DNA of 64,000 nt. Origin: an uncultured bacterium (GTDB lineage Bacteria; Babelota; Babeliae; Babelales; Babelaceae). Below are positions 57,560 through 64,000 of the stretch, piece after piece. Each line of letters starts with the position of its first letter. The first letter of the stretch is position 1. Position numbers and translations under genes: made by a program. Below the pieces are notes generated by a model, which was given only the letters and a program-made list of their open reading frames with translations, had not been told where the DNA came from and ran no database searches. The DNA is taken from the NCBI GenBank assembly GCA_963717435.1, contig OY970332.1, positions 480,001 through 544,000 on the forward strand, in the 5' to 3' direction.

Positions 57560-58564
57560 TTATATTCTCCATTTACCTTCCCGGGAGGTCATAGATATAT
57601 AAGGGGAGTATTTTAAGCGTTTTCCTCCAACCCAGTTCACTATTTCATTTTCGAAGCTTTGTCCTTCAATCAGGTCCAATATTTCATTGACTTCCTTTTC
57701 AATTGTTCCCGTTTCCCTATATATTTGAAGTCTTGAATAATGTTTATCTGCCATAAGGCATTCTACTTTGTGGTCTGCTGCAAATCTTAAATGACTACTA
57801 ACTGAACTTTTAAGATTTGAGTTTTTCTGAAAGGACGGTCTTTTGGATGGTTTGATATTAATTTTTTTTACTAGGGCAACTAGTATCTTTTGGCGAGTTT
57901 CTTCGCTTAAATCCCGAGATTTTATCAGTGAAATATTCAATAATAAAATTGCAAACTGTTTAATACATTTGTCTTCATCATGAAGTTTGATGTCAGTTTT
58001 ACTATCAGTTTTAAGGTCGCTTGTGCTATGTTCTTCATCTATTATTGTTTGCAAATCTGGCATTGTGGCAATAATTGCATAAACAATCTCGTGATTGAAA
58101 TTGACAATTAAATTCCGTTGATGGGAAGATATAATTGCTTGCGTATACCCATTAAGTAATTCAAGTATTCTAAAATAATCTAACCTAAACAGACCAAATT
58201 TGTTATTACTTAGGCCGTGTGGTTTACGTTTGTTAATAGAATAACTTGCCATGATAATTTCTTTTGCGACAAAAATAACTTCTCTTTCATCAAGATCTAT
58301 ATCTTTTTTTCCAGTTATTATGCTTTCCAAAAAGCTTAATCTTTTTGCGGGATTAGAAATCCCAATTTCTTTAAGTCTATTTCTATACTTTTTTATTTCT
58401 TCTCTGCTAGGATTTTCGTAAATTTCTACAATTGGCGATGACGTATCCGGTGGGTATCCAATTTGCTCAGTAAAAGAATTTTCGATCTCTTCTTCTTTTG
58501 TCTCCATTGCGCGAGAAATATTTAACGAAGTAAGTAATATTAAAAATATTGTTTTATTTGTCAT
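57560..58564 (-). CDS. Exported hypothetical protein, tandem family member 3
   Basis: Signal peptide from ATG 58564; YRNRLKEIG, MASYSI, FRLDY, EIVYAIIATMP. Confidence 0.75.
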   Translation of the reverse strand: MTNKTIFLILLTSLNISRAMETKEEEIENSFTEQIGYPPDTSSPIVEIYENPSREEIKKYRNRLKEIGISNPAKRLSFLESIITGKKDIDLDEREVIFVAKEIIMASYSINKRKPHGLSNNKFGLFRLDYFRILELLNGYTQAIISSHQRNLIVNFNHEIVYAIIATMPDLQTIIDEEHSTSDLKTDSKTDIKLHDEDKCIKQFAILLLNISLIKSRDLSEETRQKILVALVKKINIKPSKRPSFQKNSNLKSSVSSHLRFAADHKVECLMADKHYSRLQIYRETGTIEKEVNEILDLIEGQSFENEIVNWVGGKRLKYSPYISMTSREGKWRI

Positions 58565-58574
58565 GTTTATAATC

Positions 58575-58982
58575 CTAATAAATAACTTGGTTTGGCTCTT
58601 GAATCTCACTAATTTTATTTCTTACAAAATTAAGAATAAAAGTGGCTTTTTTTATCGCATCTAAAACTTCTTCTCTATCGATATAAAATCTATCATCTGG
58701 GTATCTGGAATAAATCGCATATGGGAGTAGATCCAAAGCATCGCTTAATAGTTTTTTAAAAGAAGAATCATGTTGGGAACACAACAGCAATAGTCTCTCT
58801 AAGTCATGTGTTTTTGGTATGTTTTGTTTTTTATAAACTAAATATGCTTTAAGCGCTTTCTCTGCACATTGTTGGGTATGGTATGAAGCTGTATCAAGTG
58901 TTTCGTTATCATCTTTTGATAATTTTATAGCTGATTTAAGATCGCCCAAAGATTTGGCTAACCAAGTTTCATGATTTAGCAT
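58575..58982 (-). CDS. HEPN domain protein (HEPN-MNT pair)
   Basis: WLAKS..DL, YHTQQCAEKALKA, KTHDL, SRYP; overlaps the MNT gene. Confidence 0.9.
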   Translation of the reverse strand: MLNHETWLAKSLGDLKSAIKLSKDDNETLDTASYHTQQCAEKALKAYLVYKKQNIPKTHDLERLLLLCSQHDSSFKKLLSDALDLLPYAIYSRYPDDRFYIDREEVLDAIKKATFILNFVRNKISEIQEPNQVIY

Positions 58983-59292
58983 AAATCAGCTTCCCATTTT
59001 TTAAAATTTTACTTATAAATGAGTTTGGATCTTCAGCCAATTTATTTAATTCAGATTTTGTATAAACAAGTAAATCTTTTGATAGATCTAAACCCCATAG
59101 TGATTCATAACCAGATTTGCCCCGTTTATGTCTTTTATTTTCATCAGAGTTTTCGACAACTATTAATAAGTCTAAATCACTGTCTTCGTTGGGAGTTCCC
59201 CATGCATATGATCCGAAGAGATATATTTCTAAAGGGTTATAAACTTTTATTAATCTATCTTTTACTTCTTCTATTATTTCTTTAGTTATCAC
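58969..59292 (-). CDS. Minimal nucleotidyltransferase (MNT)
   Basis: IYLFGSYAWG...DSDLDLLIV. Confidence 0.92.
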   Translation of the reverse strand: MITKEIIEEVKDRLIKVYNPLEIYLFGSYAWGTPNEDSDLDLLIVVENSDENKRHKRGKSGYESLWGLDLSKDLLVYTKSELNKLAEDPNSFISKILKNGKLIYAKS

Positions 59293-59443
59293 AATTTCTC
59301 CTGTGACTTAATTTTCTTAATATATTATTACTTTATTAAAATTTATAGACTTTGTAATTTTAAAAAAGATAGACGGCTTTGATTTTTTAATTATGTAGGT
59401 TATCGTAGTAATATTAAGAATTTTATAATAATGGGAAAAATAT

Positions 59444-59656
59444 ATGGAAGCAATAGAGTTTATGGCCAAAGTAAAGCAGGGCAAAAGTATTGAAATCCCA
59501 AAGGAATATTTGGCAGATATTACAGGTGAATTTAGGGTCATTCTTCTTATAAACAAAAAAGAAATTAAAGAAAAGCCTCGCAAAAAAAAATTTGAAGCTT
59601 TAAAAGTAAAAACTAAAGGGCTTAAATTTAATCGAGAAGAAATTTATGATGAATAA
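59444..59656 (+). CDS. Putative antitoxin of a PIN-domain toxin
   Basis: 70 aa; AbrB-like IEIPKE strand and C-terminal FNREEIYD; overlaps the PIN gene. Confidence 0.75.
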   Translation: MEAIEFMAKVKQGKSIEIPKEYLADITGEFRVILLINKKEIKEKPRKKKFEALKVKTKGLKFNREEIYDE

Positions 59657-60059
59657 TAAAGTTTTTCTTGATTCGAATATATTAATTTATCTTTATTCTA
59701 AAGATGAACCAAAAAAGAGAGAAATTGCCTCGGACTTACTTGCAAAATTTGATAATGTTTATATTAGCACTCAGGTATTATTTGAATTTACCCACATAAT
59801 GCATCGAAAATTAAAAGTTGATTATGACCAAATAGATGATGCCTTAAAAGAGTTTAATAATGCATTTTTGATTACTAATGTTACATATGAAATTATTCGC
59901 AAGGCTATAAAAATAGCAGAAAAATATAAGTATTCTTTTGTTGATAGTCTAATTATTGCAACTGCCATAAACAGCAATTGCGATATCTTATATTCAGAAG
60001 ATATGCACGCGGACCAAGTAATTGAAAATTCATTAAAAATAGCTAACCCATTCAAATAA
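59646..60059 (+). CDS. vapC: PIN-domain (VapC-like) toxin
   Basis: FLDSNILIY, STQVLFE, SFVDSLIIATA, LYSED, NPF. Confidence 0.92.
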   Translation: MMNNKVFLDSNILIYLYSKDEPKKREIASDLLAKFDNVYISTQVLFEFTHIMHRKLKVDYDQIDDALKEFNNAFLITNVTYEIIRKAIKIAEKYKYSFVDSLIIATAINSNCDILYSEDMHADQVIENSLKIANPFK

Positions 60060-60078
60060 TAAAAAAATAATCACAGAA

Positions 60079-60102
60079 ATGCCCGAGATAAAACTCGGGC
60101 AT
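60079..60102. terminator. Hairpin between convergent vapC and ftsZ
   Basis: ATGCCCGAG-ataaaa-CTCGGGCAT. Confidence 0.65.
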
Positions 60103-60132
60103 AAGTTTAACTATTGTAACTGCTAATATTTT

Positions 60133-61380
60133 TTAGCTAACTTTGCTTTGTTTTTCTGAAGCTTTTTTTCTCATATAAGCAGGTACATCAAGATCGTTTT
60201 GATCAACCTCAGTTGTAGCTTCTTGTGCTAATATTTCTTCGGGTGCAGCAGCTTTAAATTCCGGCTTTATTTCAACAATCTCTTCAACAAGTTGAACTTC
60301 CACTTTTGCATGCGCAGGTTGCGCTTTTGGTTGCATAATAACTTGTTGTGGGGTTATTGTAGGCTTCACCTCAAGTATATTGTTTTGAGCGGCATGATAA
60401 GCTTTTTGTTGTTGCGCATCAAATCCTGTTGCAATTACTGTAACTAAAACTTCGTCTCCAAAATTGTCGTCTATCACAGAACCCAAAATAATATTTGCAT
60501 CTTCATGAGCTTGTTCATAAATTATTGAAGCTGCGGCGCTAACTTCATGTAGCCCCATATTTTGGTTACCGGTAATATTTAACAACACACTTCTTGCGCC
60601 CTGAATATGCATATTTTCAAGTAACGGCGAAGATAATGCAAGCTGTGCTGCACGAACGGCTCTGTCTTCTCCAGACATTCTGCCACTTCCAATAACAGCA
60701 TAACCCTGATTTTTCATGATTGTTTTAACATCTGCAAAATCTACGTTAATATGACCAGGATGTGTGATAATATCTGATATGCTTCTTACAAATTGGTTCA
60801 GAACATTATTGATCATATTAAATGCACCAACAAGCGACATTTTTTGGTCAACAACATCTATTAATTTTTGATTAGGCAAAACAATTAAAGTATCGACATT
60901 TGATGCAATAGATTCGATTGCATCGTTAGCGATTTTCATTCTGCGTTTACCTTCAAATACAAACGGCTTGGTAACAACTGCTATTGTTAAAATGTCATTT
61001 TCTTTTAACGCACGAGCAATAACCGGCAACGCTCCGGAACCTGTTCCGCCGCCCATACCGCCGGTCAAAAATACAACATCAGCACCAGAAACAGACTCCA
61101 TTATTCTTTCAAGATCTTCTTCAGCAGCGCGTCTACCAAGTTCTGGATTTGCACCAGAACCTAAGCCCTTGGTTGCTTTTACACCAAGTTGAATTTTGCA
61201 TGGCGCTTTTGAAACTTGCAATGCCTGCGCGTCAGTGTTTGTTGCAATAAAATCTATTCCGTCAGTTCCTGCCTCGATCATACTATTAATCGTGTTTCCA
61301 CCAGCTCCGCCGACGCCGATAACTTTAATACTAGCGCCAGGTGTTAGATGAATTGACGATTCCTTTTCAAATTCTATCAT
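60133..61380 (-). CDS. ftsZ: Cell division protein FtsZ
   Basis: GVGGAGGN, GMGGGTGSG, INVDFADV, C-terminal DLDVPAYMRK. Confidence 0.99.
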   Translation of the reverse strand: MIEFEKESSIHLTPGASIKVIGVGGAGGNTINSMIEAGTDGIDFIATNTDAQALQVSKAPCKIQLGVKATKGLGSGANPELGRRAAEEDLERIMESVSGADVVFLTGGMGGGTGSGALPVIARALKENDILTIAVVTKPFVFEGKRRMKIANDAIESIASNVDTLIVLPNQKLIDVVDQKMSLVGAFNMINNVLNQFVRSISDIITHPGHINVDFADVKTIMKNQGYAVIGSGRMSGEDRAVRAAQLALSSPLLENMHIQGARSVLLNITGNQNMGLHEVSAAASIIYEQAHEDANIILGSVIDDNFGDEVLVTVIATGFDAQQQKAYHAAQNNILEVKPTITPQQVIMQPKAQPAHAKVEVQLVEEIVEIKPEFKAAAPEEILAQEATTEVDQNDLDVPAYMRKKASEKQSKVS

Positions 61381-61398
61381 TTTAAGGGGTCTCCTTTT

Positions 61399-62622
61399 TT
61401 AAAAGAAATCAAATACCCAGGATTTCATGCGCCAGAATACTCTGGTTATTAGTGGCTCAGTTAAGTAATCTACTGGCGGCAAGCTATCTTTTTTAATTAC
61501 ATATAAAAGTAGCCCATAACTTGTTGCAAAAATTGGGCTATCTAGTGTCTCATTAAATGGAGATGTTATTTTTGGTTTGCCCAATCTCACTGGAACTTGA
61601 ATAATATCGTGGGCCAATTCCTGTAACCCATCTAGCATTGAACCGCCGCCTGTTAAAACAAGTCCCGAGCCCATAAAACTTCGCAATTTGTTTTTGTCGA
61701 TTTCCTGCCTTACAAGCATAAGCAATTCAGAGGCTCTTGCGTCAACAATATCTTTAATATCAGAAACTTTAAAATCTTTCGCTTGGTTGCCCTGTATCAT
61801 TTCTAATGTAATAGTATCTTCAAGAGATCTGTTTACTAAAAGCTTTTTTGCTTGTTCAGCACTTTTAATTGTTGTTCTTAAACATGTTGCAATATCATGG
61901 GTAAATAAGTTTCCCGCTATAGGAAAAACTTTGGTATGCATAACACTATCTTGTTGATAAATCGCAAAATCCGATGTTCCACCACCAATGTCCAAAATTG
62001 CAATTCCGAGTTCTCTTTCATCTTCACTTAAAACAGATTGCGCTGAAGCAATTTGTTCTAAGATTATATCTTCAACTTTCACACCGGCCATTTCGCAGCA
62101 TCGTATTAAATTTTGTATTGATGGGATTGCGCCAGTTATCATGTGCACTTGAACCTCAAGTCTTACCCCGTGCATACCAAGTGGATCATGAACTTTATGT
62201 TGTCCATCTATTATGTAATATTGTGGGATAACATGTAATAATTTGTGACCCTCTGCTATAGGCACAGCTTTTGCCGAATTTATTGCCGCTGCGATATCAT
62301 AAACAGATATCTGTTTATTTTTTACGGGCACTATCCCATGGGAATTTATAGCCTGTATGTGCGACCCAGAGATACCAACATAAGCAGATTCTATTTGCTT
62401 GCCTATCATTAGTTCAGCTTCTTTTACGGCAGCTTTTATAGATTCTACAGCTTGAGCAACATTAACTATAACCCCTTTTGCAAGCCCCTGAGATGGAGAT
62501 TTGCCAATAGCTATAATTTCGATGTTTCCTGTTGGGCTTACTTGCGAAACCAATACGCAGATTTTTGTGGTGCCGACATCTATGGCAACAGTTATATTAT
62601 TTGATAAATTTTTGACCTTCAT
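61399..62622 (-). CDS. ftsA: Cell division protein FtsA
   Basis: IDVGTTKI, PLGMHGVRLE, LDIGGGTSD, VLTGGGS, C-terminal amphipathic helix. Confidence 0.97.
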   Translation of the reverse strand: MKVKNLSNNITVAIDVGTTKICVLVSQVSPTGNIEIIAIGKSPSQGLAKGVIVNVAQAVESIKAAVKEAELMIGKQIESAYVGISGSHIQAINSHGIVPVKNKQISVYDIAAAINSAKAVPIAEGHKLLHVIPQYYIIDGQHKVHDPLGMHGVRLEVQVHMITGAIPSIQNLIRCCEMAGVKVEDIILEQIASAQSVLSEDERELGIAILDIGGGTSDFAIYQQDSVMHTKVFPIAGNLFTHDIATCLRTTIKSAEQAKKLLVNRSLEDTITLEMIQGNQAKDFKVSDIKDIVDARASELLMLVRQEIDKNKLRSFMGSGLVLTGGGSMLDGLQELAHDIIQVPVRLGKPKITSPFNETLDSPIFATSYGLLLYVIKKDSLPPVDYLTEPLITRVFWRMKSWVFDFF

Positions 62623-63355
62623 GTTCCCCTTCCCCTTTCAAGGTGAGCACGATTTTGTCCCCAAACCGTATATCGGCGCACCAGATACTATTCTTTCTTT
62701 TTTTTGATTTTGAATTTTCTGTTTTAACTTTATCTTTTATCTTATTTACTGATTCCCATAGTTTTTCAGGAAATCCTGTTTCATGTTCAGTTTTTATATA
62801 AAAAAAACTATCTTCCTTATCTAATAGCGTTATTACAGTTTTGTTGTGCCAGATTATTCGATATTTTTCAAAAACTTCAGGATTTAAATTTTTAAAGAAA
62901 TTAAAAATAAGTGCTTCTTCTGCTGGTGAAACTTCTCTATCTTCTAAAAAAAAGTTATTTAAATTTTCATAAAATTCTGGACTATAAAAACTGTTGGAAA
63001 TAATTTTTGATCCTGAAGTTATTACCCGATTATTATTGATCATAAATACGGGCAAGTCTGTCTGTACTTTGATAACTTTGCGGCAGCTGCCCTTTGATAT
63101 TTTTTCAATAGATTTTATAGCTGGAAATACAGCCTTTAATTCTTCGGCTATTTTTATGGCTCTGGATTTATATAGTCCACTATTTATAAGGTCTTTAACT
63201 TTGTCGTTAATTTCTGCGCTATTAGATGGGTTTGTGATTACACAAATATTTAGATTGGTTTTGAAAAAGCATAAAATATACCAGCATGCTGATAAGAATA
63301 CGATAAAATTGAAAGCTAATAATATACTTAAAGCATGAGTAGCTCTTAGATTCAT
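62597..63355 (-). CDS. Divergent FtsQ/DivIB-like protein
   Basis: Single N-terminal TM helix, FPAIKS POTRA-like stretch, C-terminal ADIRF; directly upstream of ftsA. Confidence 0.6.
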   Translation of the reverse strand: MNLRATHALSILLAFNFIVFLSACWYILCFFKTNLNICVITNPSNSAEINDKVKDLINSGLYKSRAIKIAEELKAVFPAIKSIEKISKGSCRKVIKVQTDLPVFMINNNRVITSGSKIISNSFYSPEFYENLNNFFLEDREVSPAEEALIFNFFKNLNPEVFEKYRIIWHNKTVITLLDKEDSFFYIKTEHETGFPEKLWESVNKIKDKVKTENSKSKKRKNSIWCADIRFGDKIVLTLKGEGEHEGQKFIK

Positions 63356-63463
63356 GAAACCATCCCCAAACAAATATATAAATATGCCTATAATATTTAA
63401 TATCTTTTTGAGTAGCTTGGAGTCAAGAATATCTAAGATTATTTTGCGCTATCTTGCCGTGTT

Positions 63464-64000
63464 TTAAATCTTGCCCATCTGACTTGCAACTAAAAACAGC
63501 AGGATTCCAGCAGCAACTGAAGCATTGTATGATATGTCATCAGACTTTTGAGCAAGTCTTATTTTTGTGCCGTCTTTTAAGATTTCACGGGATACGCCAA
63601 TGGCTTCGTTCCCAATTACAATACAAACAGGTTTTGTATATTTTACTTCTGTGGCATTTTTGCCGTCCAAAGTTGCCAGATAAATATTATATCCAGCTTT
63701 TTTTAACTCTGTTATTGCTTGGGCAGGTGAACTTGCTTGATAAATTTCAAGTCTTTCAGCTAATCCTGCACTCGCTTTGATTGTTGAGCCGTTAATCGGC
63801 GCGCCTTTACGCTGGCAGATTATAACACCGTCAGCTCCTGTGCAATAAGCTGATCGTAAAATTGCGCCCAAATTGCGGGTATCTTGTATACTGTCAACCA
63901 TTACCAAAAATGGATGCTTGTTAGCATCAAAAAAACTTTTTCTTATCTGAAACTGACTAGCAAGAGCAACCACAGACTGATGGTCAACTGTCCCTGCCAA
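63464..64000 (-). CDS. rlmB: TrmH/SpoU-family rRNA methyltransferase (RlmB-like), 5'-truncated by window end
   Basis: HQSVVA, IQDTRNLGAILRSA, KASAG, IGNEAIG, SYNASVAAG. Confidence 0.9.
   Translation of the reverse strand: MAGTVDHQSVVALASQFQIRKSFFDANKHPFLVMVDSIQDTRNLGAILRSAYCTGADGVIICQRKGAPINGSTIKASAGLAERLEIYQASSPAQAITELKKAGYNIYLATLDGKNATEVKYTKPVCIVIGNEAIGVSREILKDGTKIRLAQKSDDISYNASVAAGILLFLVASQMGKI

Overview
AT-rich bacterial chromosomal segment. Its gene content and many signal-peptide-bearing ankyrin/F-box-like proteins suggest an intracellular protist-associated lineage such as Babeliae/Dependentiae (TM6); this is an inference. It carries housekeeping genes (aspS, nfo, infB, nusA, tandem ddl, orn, priA, polA, hisS, galE, frameshifted secA, pgeF, ftsZ-ftsA-ftsQ-like, rlmB), a surface-polysaccharide locus (wecB, wecC, manC, gmd, fcl, glycosyltransferases), two back-to-back toxin-antitoxin pairs and several tandem families of secreted hypothetical proteins. 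Main observations: (1) a family of nine structured 53-87 bp repeats with compensatory stem changes, four of them inside protein-coding ORFs, reminiscent of Rickettsia palindromic elements; (2) a probable oriC, with no dnaA in the window, made of 8 perfect DnaA boxes in mirror symmetry plus DnaA-trios; (3) a secreted, apparently inactive ATAD3-like AAA protein; (4) a recurrent Met-Glu/Gln just after signal peptides; (5) a candidate three-hairpin sRNA and an IS200/IS605-type non-autonomous element. All family calls are from motif recognition by eye; no searches were run.
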